A stretch of 63,997 nucleotides of DNA, counting the filler, from Thermodesulfobacteriota bacterium (GTDB lineage Bacteria > DASVDK01): assembly GCA_036381125.1 (NCBI GenBank). It is 5 parts of 5 records of this genome, joined end to end, with 100 filler letters (N's around TTAATTAATTAA, not from the genome) between each part and the next. Parts side by side here need not be neighbours in the genome. Positions count along the whole stretch, not along the records: positions 10,836 to 37,107 come from DASVDK010000166.1; 4 more parts are not named here. One strand, given 5' to 3'. The notes under the pieces are model-generated. The model did not search any database, had not been told where the DNA came from, and saw nothing but the letters and a program-made list of their open reading frames with translations. Made by a program: the position numbers and the translations under genes. Below, in pieces: positions 24,056-32,720 of this stretch. How positions within the stretch are numbered: the first letter of the stretch is position 1; each line of letters starts with the position of its first letter.

Positions 24056-25543
24056 ATGGCCCTCAGCTGGGGCGAGCGAAAGGGCGATCAGGCCGCGATG
24101 CCGGACCCCCGGCGCGCGACCGACCACGCCCCGGCGGCCAAGGGCCGCATCCTCATCGTCGACGACGACCGCTTCTTCCGGCGGCTCTGCGCCGACATCC
24201 TCGCCGCCGACGGCTTCGACACGGCGTCGGCCCGGGACGGGCGCGAGGCGCTCGAGATCCTCGCCCGCGAGCCGGCCGGGACCTTCCGGCTCGTCCTGAC
24301 CGACCTCGTCATGCCCGGCATCGACGGGCTCGAGGTGCTCGCGCGGGCGAAGGCGCAGAACCCGTCGACCGACGTCATCGTCATCACGAGCCAGGCGACG
24401 GTCGACTCGGCCGTCACGGCGCTGAAGAGCGGCGCCTCCGACTACATCACCAAGCCCTTCAACCACGACGACTTCCTCCTCACGGTCAACCGCGTGATCG
24501 AGCAGCGGCGGATCTTCGAGGAGAACCGGGAGCTGCGGCAGCTCCTGCGGCTCTTCGAGGTGTCGCGGACGATGTCGATGACGCTCGACATCGAGAAGCT
24601 GCACCAGTTCGCGCTGTCGTCGATCGTCAAGGAGCTGAAGGCGTCGGTCGGGCTCGCGCTGTTCTTCCAGCGCGACCTGCGATCGATCGTGCTCAAGGCG
24701 GCCTACGGCGTCGACGAGGAGGCGGCGCGCCGGCTGGCCGCACGGATCGGCGAGCAGTTCTTCGCCGAGCTGGCGTCGATGGCCCAGTCGCGCGAGGGGG
24801 TCAAGGTGAAGCCGGTCCGGGCCGTCGGCGACCCGGTCCCGGCCGCGACGCGGACGGCGGTGCTCGTGCCGATCCGCAGCCAGCAGTTCCCGCCGGGCGT
24901 CTGCGTCGTCTTCTCGCCGAAGGCCCGGGGGGCGTACGAGAAGTCGGAGCTGCAGAGCGTCGCCTTCATCGCGGAGCAGGCCTCCATCGCCTTCGACAAC
25001 GCGGCCAGGTACCTCGACGCGCGCGAGCAGGCGTACATCGACGACCTGACCAAGCTCTACAACGCCCGCTACCTCGACCTCGTGCTCGACCGCGAGCTCA
25101 GGCGGGCCGACCGCTACAAGAGCACGGTGTCGGTCCTCTTCCTCGACCTCGACCTCTTCAAGCGGGTCAACGACGTCCACGGCCACCTCATGGGCAGCCG
25201 CGTCCTCGTCGAGGTGGCCGACGTGCTGCGGCGCTGCGTGCGGGAGATCGACACGATCATCCGCTACGGTGGGGACGAGTACACCATCGTCCTGGCCGAC
25301 ACCGACCGCAGGGGCGCCTACATCGTGGCGGAGCGGATCCGCAAGGGGATCGAGCAGCACACCTTCCTCGTCGACGCGGGCCTCGCCGTGCGGCTCACGG
25401 CGTGCGTCGGCGTCGCCTCCTACCCGATCGACGCCCGGACGAAGCAGGGACTCCTCGACATGGCCGACAAGGCGATGTACCGGGCGAAGGCGGCCGAGCG
25501 CAACCGCGTCTACTGCGCCGGCGACCTGGTCGCCCCCGCCTGA
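24056..25543 (+). CDS. Response-regulator diguanylate cyclase (REC-GAF-like-GGDEF)
   Basis: ILIVDDD...LTDLVMPG...KPF receiver; DDLTKLYN, DLDLFKRVND, I-site REID, GGDEY. Confidence 0.92.
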   Translation: MALSWGERKGDQAAMPDPRRATDHAPAAKGRILIVDDDRFFRRLCADILAADGFDTASARDGREALEILAREPAGTFRLVLTDLVMPGIDGLEVLARAKAQNPSTDVIVITSQATVDSAVTALKSGASDYITKPFNHDDFLLTVNRVIEQRRIFEENRELRQLLRLFEVSRTMSMTLDIEKLHQFALSSIVKELKASVGLALFFQRDLRSIVLKAAYGVDEEAARRLAARIGEQFFAELASMAQSREGVKVKPVRAVGDPVPAATRTAVLVPIRSQQFPPGVCVVFSPKARGAYEKSELQSVAFIAEQASIAFDNAARYLDAREQAYIDDLTKLYNARYLDLVLDRELRRADRYKSTVSVLFLDLDLFKRVNDVHGHLMGSRVLVEVADVLRRCVREIDTIIRYGGDEYTIVLADTDRRGAYIVAERIRKGIEQHTFLVDAGLAVRLTACVGVASYPIDARTKQGLLDMADKAMYRAKAAERNRVYCAGDLVAPA

Positions 25544-25649
25544 CGTCCGGTTACAGTCCCGTACCGCCGACGGCTCCCGCCGTTACCGGCGGCCGCCGCA
25601 CCGGCCGCCAACGTGGCGGAGCGGCAGGATTGTCGGTCGCCGGGCGACC

Positions 25650-25665
25650 TGGCGCAGATACTGCT
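25650..25665 (+). promoter_or_regulatory. Putative sigma54 (-24/-12) promoter
   Basis: TGGCGC-AGATA-CTGCT with exact GG-N10-GC spacing, 27 nt before the ATG. Confidence 0.6.
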
Positions 25666-25692
25666 AGCCTGTGGTAGCAGGGAGGGAGACCC

Positions 25693-26253
25693 ATGCGCCA
25701 CACGCCCGCTGCGCTTCTGGCGGCTGCCGCGATGCTCGTGGCCGCCGTGCCGCCCGCCGCCGCCCGACCCGACGCCGGCCGCTCCCAGCTCACCCGGCTG
25801 TCGGCCGACACCGACGAGGGGATCCTGCTGGCCCAGGCCATGAAGGACTGGCTCGTCCTCGACCTCGGCAGCCAGCGGGTGTTCCAGACGGTCAAGTACG
25901 TCATCGTGCAGGACTGGGTCCGGGAGTACGGGTTCGAGGGTCTCGATGCCAAGAAACGGCGAGTCTACCGCGATCCGTCCCGCTACGACGCGCCGATCGT
26001 CCAGTGGATCGCCGTCACGATGCCCAAGGGCGCGGACACGCCCGCCGAGGCGGTCCTGACCTGGGACGTCCCGCTTCACCTCTGGGAGGAACTGTCTCGC
26101 GACGTCACGGCCCTCGCGGCCGACATGGGGAAGTACTTCGCCGCGCAGGAGGGCCGGCCGATGCGCATCCTCCTTCGCTTCCGCGACGCCGAGGTCCTCA
26201 GGCTCTCCGCCGCCCCCGACGGCCGCGCCGAAACGATCTTCAGCTACCGCTAG
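25693..26253 (+). CDS. Secreted hypothetical protein
   Basis: Strong SD (GGAGGGAG), Sec-type signal peptide, GC3-rich codon pattern; no recognisable family. Confidence 0.75.
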   Translation: MRHTPAALLAAAAMLVAAVPPAAARPDAGRSQLTRLSADTDEGILLAQAMKDWLVLDLGSQRVFQTVKYVIVQDWVREYGFEGLDAKKRRVYRDPSRYDAPIVQWIAVTMPKGADTPAEAVLTWDVPLHLWEELSRDVTALAADMGKYFAAQEGRPMRILLRFRDAEVLRLSAAPDGRAETIFSYR

Positions 26254-26256
26254 CAA

Positions 26257-26427
26257 GTAGCGGGAATGCGCCCCGCGAAGCGGGGCCCGGGCGTTAGCCC
26301 GGAGCGCCGAGACGCCGGTCCGTGGGCGGCACGCGAGGACGGGAGCCGATTCTCGGCGCCCCGCGAAGCGGGGCCCGTGGACAGCGGAACGGCCTGACGC
26401 GGGTGCGTGGGCGGCATGCCGAGGACG
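26257..26427 (+). repeat. GTAG-led multi-hairpin dispersed repeat, copy B plus a tandem degenerate copy C
   Basis: GCGCCCCGCGAAGCGGGGCCCG and CGTGGGCGGCA occur twice here; homologous to 5835-5929. Confidence 0.85.
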
Positions 26428-26437
26428 CGCCGGCCGG

Positions 26438-27424
26438 TCAGCCGGCGTCGGGCGGCCGCTGGGCAAGGTAGTGCAGCCGCTTCGTCTCCGTGCGCCCGCG
26501 CGTGACGGTGTCCAGCACGAGGCCGCAGGCGAGGCTCAGGAAGGCGAGCAGCATGAGGCCGGTGGCGAGCACCGCGGTCGGCAGCCGCGGCACGAGCCCG
26601 GTCGCCAGCCACGTCGTGATGACCGGCCAGGCGAGGACGATCGAGGTCGCCGCCAGGATCGCGAAGAGCCAGGTGAAGAAGGCGAGGGGCCGCTCCTCCT
26701 TGAAGAGGACCAGGATCGCCCGCAGGATCCGCAGCCCGTCGCGCCAGGTGCTGAGCTTGCTGAACGAGCCGGCGGGACGTTCCCGGTAGCTCGCGGGGAG
26801 CTCGGCGACCGGCATGTCGAGCCGTAGCGCGTGGACGGTCAGCTCCGTCTCGATCTCGAAGCCGCCGGCGAGGGCGGGGAACGACTTCACGAAGCGGCGC
26901 GACAGGACCTTGTAGCCGGACAGCATGTCGCCGAAGCGCTTGCCGAAGGCGCGGCCGATCAAGGCGCTCAGCACGACGTTGGCCGGGCGGTGGCCCGGCC
27001 GATAGGCCCCGCGGTCGGCGCCGACGCGCCTGGCGTTGACGAGGTCGAGCCGGTTGTCGAGGAGGTGCCGCACGAGCGTACCGGCCGCGGCGGCGTCGTA
27101 CGTGCCGTCGCCGTCGACCAGCACGTACACGTCGGCGTCGACGTCGGCGAACATGCGCCGGACGACGTATCCCTTGCCCTGCCGCGCCTCGTGCCGGACG
27201 ATGGCCCCCGCGGCCGCGGCGGCGGCCGCGGTACGGTCGCGCGAGTTGTTGTCGTAGACGTAGATCTCGGCGTCCGGCAGCGCCGCCCGGAAGTCGCGCA
27301 CGACGCGGCCGATGGCAACCTCCTCGTCGAAGCACGGGATGAGCACCGCGACGCGGACCGCCGCGGCCGCCGCCCGCGCGACCGGCACGGCGCTCGGATC
27401 GGGGCCCCTGGCGCTCGCCGGCAT
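26438..27424 (-). CDS. GT2 polyprenol-phosphate glycosyltransferase (DPM1/GtrB/ArnC-like)
   Basis: VLIPCFDEE, YDNNSRD, QGKG, VDGDGTY, GFEIETE, two C-terminal TMs. Confidence 0.9.
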   Translation of the reverse strand: MPASARGPDPSAVPVARAAAAAVRVAVLIPCFDEEVAIGRVVRDFRAALPDAEIYVYDNNSRDRTAAAAAAAGAIVRHEARQGKGYVVRRMFADVDADVYVLVDGDGTYDAAAAGTLVRHLLDNRLDLVNARRVGADRGAYRPGHRPANVVLSALIGRAFGKRFGDMLSGYKVLSRRFVKSFPALAGGFEIETELTVHALRLDMPVAELPASYRERPAGSFSKLSTWRDGLRILRAILVLFKEERPLAFFTWLFAILAATSIVLAWPVITTWLATGLVPRLPTAVLATGLMLLAFLSLACGLVLDTVTRGRTETKRLHYLAQRPPDAG

Positions 27425-27427
27425 CGA

Positions 27428-29158
27428 TCACCTGCCCGCCGCGGGCGGCTCTCCGGGGCGATCCCTCGCCGCCTCGAGCGTCCGGACGCCGGCCCTCGCG
27501 TAGGTCTCCTCGAGCTTCGCCAGGCCGTCCCGGTCATCCGTGAGGTCGTACACGAGGATCGAGTGCCCGATCCTGGCGACCGGCCGGCGCGACCGCAGCC
27601 AACCGAAGAGGGGGTTGCCGGGGCTCGGCAGGGCCTGCAGGTTGTTGACGCTGATCGCCAGGACCTTGCGCGGCGCGTCGGCCGGGACCCGGTCGTCCGG
27701 GGGCGGCCACTCGAGGGGCCAGCTGCCGGGGACGTACTGGTAGCGGATGCCGTAGTACTCCGGCGGGGCCGTGCCGAAGTACGAGAGGTAGACGATGGGG
27801 AGCCCTTCCCGCTCCATGTAGGCCTTGACGCCCTTCAAGTCCTGACCCCAGTCCAGGTTCGAGTCGAGGAGATACCGGTGCCCCCCGTCCGGGCCGCCGA
27901 CGAGCGTGTTGAAGTAGGCGAGGTGGTGCGGCGCGATCCCCAGCGAGGCGGCGGCCGTGAGGAGCAGCGGCGCGCCGACGAGCAGGCGCGGGGCCCAGCG
28001 GCGGCCGAGGTCGAGCGTCGCCAGTCGCGAGGCGAGCACGAAGAGCAACGGATAGACCGGAAGCACGTGGCGCAGGCCGATGTTCACGGTCGACTGCGTC
28101 ATGGCCGCGAAGAGCGCGAGTACCGGCAGGGCGAGGAACGTCGCGTCACGGAGCGCGAGCGGGCTGCCGGCCCGGTGGAGGACGACGGAGGCGGCGATGA
28201 GCGCCAGGCTGCCGAGCGGGGTCTTGATGAGGAAGGCGACCGGAAAGTAGCTCCACCAGCCCCGGTAGTCGTGCTCTCCCATGAAGAACGCCCACTGGCC
28301 GCCGCGGCCCAGCTCGAGGAACCGCCCGAAGCCGGCGAGCCAGGGCTCGGCCCCCTGGAAGGCGTACGCGGCGGCGACCGTCGCGAGGGCCACGGCGAGA
28401 ACGACGAGGAGGACGGCCGCGGACTGGAGAAGGGCGTGGCGCCGCGTGACCGGATCGCGCGCCGGGGGGAGGCGGAAGGACCGCCCGGCGACGAGCGGCG
28501 AGAGGACCACGAGCGCGCCGATCATCGGCAGGAGGAGAACGGCCGAGAACTTCGACGCCAGCGCCATGCCGGTCGTCGCCCCCGCGGCGGCGAGGAGCCC
28601 CCACCCGGGAGCGCGCAGGTACTCCCAGAGGGCATAGAGGGTCGCGAACACGAACAGGGTGAAGCCGACGTCGGTCGTGACGAGGGAGGCGTGCGCGACG
28701 AGGTTGGGCTCGAGCGAGGCGAGCGCCATGGCCAGCAGCGCGGCACGGCGGCCCCAGAGCCGACCGGCCCAGACGCCGACGAGCGCGACGAGCAGGACGC
28801 CGAGGAGCAGATTGGCGAGCCGGCTCACGGTGATCAACGTGGCGGCATGGACCGGGGAGCTGTAGAGGAAGGCGTGGCCGATCAGGAAGGCCTTGGCGTC
28901 CCGCCAGTGCCGCGGATCGGGCGCGAAGGGCAGCCGGTAGGCGAGAAGGACCGGCAGCGCGAGATACGCCTTGACGAGGGGCGGATTCTGCGGCTCGAGG
29001 CGAAAGTCCCGGGTGACGAGATACGAGTAGCCGGCCGCGAGGTGCATGGCCTCGTCGTACGTCTCGGTGTTGGCGCGGATGAACGCCACGCCCTGGACCG
29101 CGAAGAGCAGGAGCGGGAGGAGGGCCAGCGTGAGGGCGGTCGGGGCTCGTGGCGGCAT
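27428..29158 (-). CDS. GT-C membrane glycosyltransferase (ArnT/PMT-like)
   Basis: TYDEAMH after TM1, NPPLVK, LVTTD, ASKFSA, NIGLRHVLP, DSNLDWGQD; many TMs. Confidence 0.85.
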   Translation of the reverse strand: MPPRAPTALTLALLPLLLFAVQGVAFIRANTETYDEAMHLAAGYSYLVTRDFRLEPQNPPLVKAYLALPVLLAYRLPFAPDPRHWRDAKAFLIGHAFLYSSPVHAATLITVSRLANLLLGVLLVALVGVWAGRLWGRRAALLAMALASLEPNLVAHASLVTTDVGFTLFVFATLYALWEYLRAPGWGLLAAAGATTGMALASKFSAVLLLPMIGALVVLSPLVAGRSFRLPPARDPVTRRHALLQSAAVLLVVLAVALATVAAAYAFQGAEPWLAGFGRFLELGRGGQWAFFMGEHDYRGWWSYFPVAFLIKTPLGSLALIAASVVLHRAGSPLALRDATFLALPVLALFAAMTQSTVNIGLRHVLPVYPLLFVLASRLATLDLGRRWAPRLLVGAPLLLTAAASLGIAPHHLAYFNTLVGGPDGGHRYLLDSNLDWGQDLKGVKAYMEREGLPIVYLSYFGTAPPEYYGIRYQYVPGSWPLEWPPPDDRVPADAPRKVLAISVNNLQALPSPGNPLFGWLRSRRPVARIGHSILVYDLTDDRDGLAKLEETYARAGVRTLEAARDRPGEPPAAGR

Positions 29159-29174
29159 CGCCTCCGGCTCCGGG

Positions 29175-30314
29175 TTACGAGAGCGTCAACTCCAGCACGC
29201 GCGTGACGACCCTGCGCGCGTCGAAGTGCTCCTCGGCGAGCGCGCGGGCGAGCCGGCAGTGGCGCTCGTAGTCGGCCGCCGCGGCCTCGAGGCAGCGGCG
29301 GGCGTCCTCGACGTCGCGGAATCGAAAGAGACCGTCGCCGTGGGGGAGGCTCGAGGACGGGCCGGTGTCCTGGACGACTGCCGGCTTGCCGCTCGCGAGG
29401 TAGCAGACGGTGCGGTCGCTCACCCAGCCGGTCGCCATCCGCACGTACGCCGGCTTCGCGCAGCTGAACTCGCCGTACGATCGGGACACGTAGGCCTGGT
29501 AGTCCCACGGCGACGGGACGGTCGCGTGCGCGTCGCGCACCCGCCACCCGTGCCGCTCGAGCATGCCGCGCTCCTCGGCGTAGTGGGGGAGCCCGATCAT
29601 CAACGTCAGCTCCATCGGCCGGCCGACCCCCCTCGGCAGGTCGAGGAACGGCAGGAAGGCCGTCCGCTTGTCGTTGAGGTAGAGGGCACCGGACAGGTCC
29701 GGCATGTAGTGCCACGTCCCCCACTGGGAGACCGTGGTCCAGGGGGCGTCGGGCGGCGCCTCCCGGACGGGCCACCAGTCGAGCGAGACGCAGGGCGGCG
29801 TGTACGTCCACTCGATGCCGGCGTCGGGGATCGCGGAGCCGGGCCGTACCACCCCCTCGCCGACGGTGAAGTACCGGTCGTGCGGGGCGACCTCGATCTC
29901 GCCGCGATGCATCCAGAGCTGGAGCTGCCCCGGATCGCCGTCGACGAGGGCGGAGCGACGAAAGCGGCCGACCACGGCCGCCGGCGTGCCGTCGACGAGG
30001 TCGAGCAGGAGGTCCGCCTCGGCCGCGGCGTCGAGGTCGAGGCAGCCCTCCGCGGCGACGCCCGGGGGAACGGTCCCCTCCGGCGCGTAGACGGCGAACC
30101 GGTCGGCGAGGCCGTAGGGGGCGAGGTGCCGCCGGAAGGCGCGGAGGCAGTCGACGACCGCCGCCTCCGGCCGGTCGATCGGCAGCGCCTCGAGCCAGGT
30201 GACCGTGCAGCCGAGGGCGCGCAGCCCGAGGGCCCAGTTGAGGTAGGCCCAGAAGTGACCCCCGAGCTCCGGGTAGCGGAGCGCGTGGCCGGTCACGCAC
30301 ACGGTCAGGCTCAT
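29175..30314 (-). CDS. Uncharacterised GT-B (GT4-like) glycosyltransferase, paralog 2
   Basis: GEFSCAKPAYV...GWVSDRTVCYLASGKPAVVQDTG; ATG overlaps the upstream stop. Confidence 0.75.
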   Translation of the reverse strand: MSLTVCVTGHALRYPELGGHFWAYLNWALGLRALGCTVTWLEALPIDRPEAAVVDCLRAFRRHLAPYGLADRFAVYAPEGTVPPGVAAEGCLDLDAAAEADLLLDLVDGTPAAVVGRFRRSALVDGDPGQLQLWMHRGEIEVAPHDRYFTVGEGVVRPGSAIPDAGIEWTYTPPCVSLDWWPVREAPPDAPWTTVSQWGTWHYMPDLSGALYLNDKRTAFLPFLDLPRGVGRPMELTLMIGLPHYAEERGMLERHGWRVRDAHATVPSPWDYQAYVSRSYGEFSCAKPAYVRMATGWVSDRTVCYLASGKPAVVQDTGPSSSLPHGDGLFRFRDVEDARRCLEAAAADYERHCRLARALAEEHFDARRVVTRVLELTLS

Positions 30315-31408
30315 GACGGCCGCGCTCGCAGGTCGAAGACGACCAGGCAGTCGCTCTCGAGCACCGAGCGCGCCCGCGCGCGGAGGTGGCGGTTGAGCCC
30401 GGCGTAGTAGTCGAGCCACCAGAAGGCGGGCCAGGCGAAGACCATGAAGCCCGCCCCGGCCTGCTTCAGTCGCTCGAGTTCCCGGATCGCGGCCGCGTCA
30501 TCCGGCGGCGGGCCCCAGTACTGCCCCTCGTGCTCGGGGAAGGGGACGCGGCGGCGTCCGGGCGTGACGAGGCGTGCGAGGTGACCCTGGTCGACCAGGA
30601 TGAAGGTTTCGCCCCGAGGGACGACCCTCGCGACGTCCAGCGTCGCCTGGTCGAGTCGCTGCAACGTCTGCCACGTCGTCGCGCCCTTGCAGAAGAGGGC
30701 GACCGTGTTGTACGCGCAGGACGTCGACGCGGCCGGGACGGTCTCGATGCGGTGGGCGAGGCGGCGCTCGCCGAGGAACTCGTGGACGGCGGCCGCGCAG
30801 CCGTCGTAGGTGTAGTAGTCGTCCAGGGTCACGATGCCCCCGTCGACGACCGAGTCGTAGAGATGCTCGAGGCAGCAGCGGACGCTCGAGTACCAGTCGG
30901 CGTCGATGCGCAAGAGCGCGATCGGCCCGATCCGCTCGCGCGTCGCCGGGAGCGTCCGATCGAACCAGCCCTTGACGAACTCGGTGTACGGGGCCAGCCC
31001 GAGGTCCGCCGCGGTCCGCCGCACGTCCTCGATCGACGCGCGGCAGTTGTCGAAGTACCACGGGCTCCCGGTGTCCTGTGCGTACCGCCTGGCGTGGAGC
31101 CCGTCGATCTCCTCGGGCGGCGGAAGCCCCTCGAAGGAGTCGAGGAGCCAGACCTTCCGATCGCGCACGCCGGCCTGCCGCAGGAGATCCGCCATGAGGA
31201 AGGCGGCCCCGCCCCGCCAGACGCCGCACTCGACGAGGTCGCCCGGGATGCCCTGCGTGAGGATCGCTCGCACCTGTCGTGCGAGGTCGACGAGCCAGTC
31301 CTCGGGCACCATGGTAAAGGGCCGTATCCTGTCGAGCGTCGGCCGGAGGTCCCGCAGGTCCCTCCAGACCGGGAGCTCCGCCTCGACCCGGCGCGGTTCG
31401 TGGATCAT
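30311..31408 (-). CDS. TylF/MycF/NovP-family sugar O-methyltransferase with an extra C-terminal domain
   Basis: PGDLVECGVWRGG, DSFEGLP, KGWFDRTL, LRIDADWYSS, LDDY. Confidence 0.92.
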   Translation of the reverse strand: MIHEPRRVEAELPVWRDLRDLRPTLDRIRPFTMVPEDWLVDLARQVRAILTQGIPGDLVECGVWRGGAAFLMADLLRQAGVRDRKVWLLDSFEGLPPPEEIDGLHARRYAQDTGSPWYFDNCRASIEDVRRTAADLGLAPYTEFVKGWFDRTLPATRERIGPIALLRIDADWYSSVRCCLEHLYDSVVDGGIVTLDDYYTYDGCAAAVHEFLGERRLAHRIETVPAASTSCAYNTVALFCKGATTWQTLQRLDQATLDVARVVPRGETFILVDQGHLARLVTPGRRRVPFPEHEGQYWGPPPDDAAAIRELERLKQAGAGFMVFAWPAFWWLDYYAGLNRHLRARARSVLESDCLVVFDLRARPS

Positions 31409-31535
31409 GCCAGTCCTCCTCCACGGTGCGACGGTTGCCGTCCTCTGCCGCGGCTCCCGCCGTCGCCGCCGCCGACGGCTCGGGGCCGTCGTCCGCTCCG
31501 GCCGGAACGAGTCCGGCCTGCACTCGGGGCGCGGC

Positions 31536-32720
31536 TCACGCCGTCGCCTCCGCGAGAAGGCGGGCGAGGACCAGACGCGCGTCGAACTCGGCCTCCGCGA
31601 GGCGGCGAGCGGCCCGAGCGTGTCGGGCCCAGTCGCGCGCCACGGCCCGCACCCCCTCGACCGCGCCCGGGAGGTCGCCGAAGGGGAGGAGCCCGACCCC
31701 GGTCGGGAGGACCTCGGAGAAGCCGGTGTCCTCGAGGACGCAGGGCCGGCCGCTCGCGAGGTAGCAGGCGCTCCGGCAGCTGAACCACCCGCTCCGCCCC
31801 TCGACGTAGCCCGCCTTCGCGATGCTGAACTCCCCCTTCGACGCGGCGATGAAGGCCTGGTAGCGCCCGGCGTCCGAGGAGACGGCCCGCGCGTCGGCCA
31901 GGCGCCAGCCGTGGGCCGCGAGCCTGGCGTCGGGCCGCCGGGTCTGCCACCCGCCGGCGATGGCCGGCTCGAACCGCTCCTCGGGGCACTGCCTCGGGAG
32001 GTCGAGGATCCGCTCGAACGATACGTCCTTCTGCCCGTAGCGCCGGCCGGCGTACTCCACCGTGCCGTAGCTCGACCAGTTCATGACGGTCGTCCAGGGG
32101 GCGTCGGCCGGGGGCGGCGGCGCGACCGGCCAGGCGTCGAGGACGATCGGCTGGCGGGTCGGCCGCCAGCGGTAGGGGCCGGTCGGGATGGGGCAGTCCG
32201 GGGCGCCGAGCCGCTCGCCGAAGGAGAAGTGGACCTGGTGCGCGTCGAGGTTCGCGCGCATGGTCCACGGCGCCTCCTTCTGCGGCTCGCCGACCGCCAC
32301 GAGGAGCTGCGTGAAGACCGGGTCGCTGTCGATGTACACCCGGAGCCGGGCGGTGCGGTGCCGGTCCTCGACGAAGCAGGCGCCGGAGACGTTGAGGAAG
32401 AGATCGCAGGCGGCCAGGCGCGCCCGCAGCTCGGTCTCGGAGAGGCCGTAGTACCGCTCGCCGCCCCCCTCGAGGTCGATGCGGTAGCACCAGTCGTGCG
32501 CGAGCCCGATCCGCGCCATGACGGCGGCGAGGTACCGAACGTTGGGCTCGGGATCCCTCGTGACGGCGTCGGTCGCCGGATCGTACGGCCAGCACCGGCT
32601 GTCCTCGAGGTACGTCACCTCGTGGCCGAGGGCGCGGAGGCCCATCGGGTACTGCACGTAGTCCCAGGTGACGCCCGCGAGCGGATACTGGGCGACGAGG
32701 CCGGTGACGACGATCCTCAC
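31536..32720 (-). CDS. Uncharacterised GT-B (GT4-like) glycosyltransferase, paralog 1
   Basis: VRIVVTG...LRALGHEV, GEFSIAKAGYVEGRSGWFSCRSACYLASGRPCVLEDTG; GTG overlaps the ABC stop. This is the real 3' part of the 1806-aa ORF-track entry. Confidence 0.78.
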   Translation of the reverse strand: MRIVVTGLVAQYPLAGVTWDYVQYPMGLRALGHEVTYLEDSRCWPYDPATDAVTRDPEPNVRYLAAVMARIGLAHDWCYRIDLEGGGERYYGLSETELRARLAACDLFLNVSGACFVEDRHRTARLRVYIDSDPVFTQLLVAVGEPQKEAPWTMRANLDAHQVHFSFGERLGAPDCPIPTGPYRWRPTRQPIVLDAWPVAPPPPADAPWTTVMNWSSYGTVEYAGRRYGQKDVSFERILDLPRQCPEERFEPAIAGGWQTRRPDARLAAHGWRLADARAVSSDAGRYQAFIAASKGEFSIAKAGYVEGRSGWFSCRSACYLASGRPCVLEDTGFSEVLPTGVGLLPFGDLPGAVEGVRAVARDWARHARAARRLAEAEFDARLVLARLLAEATA

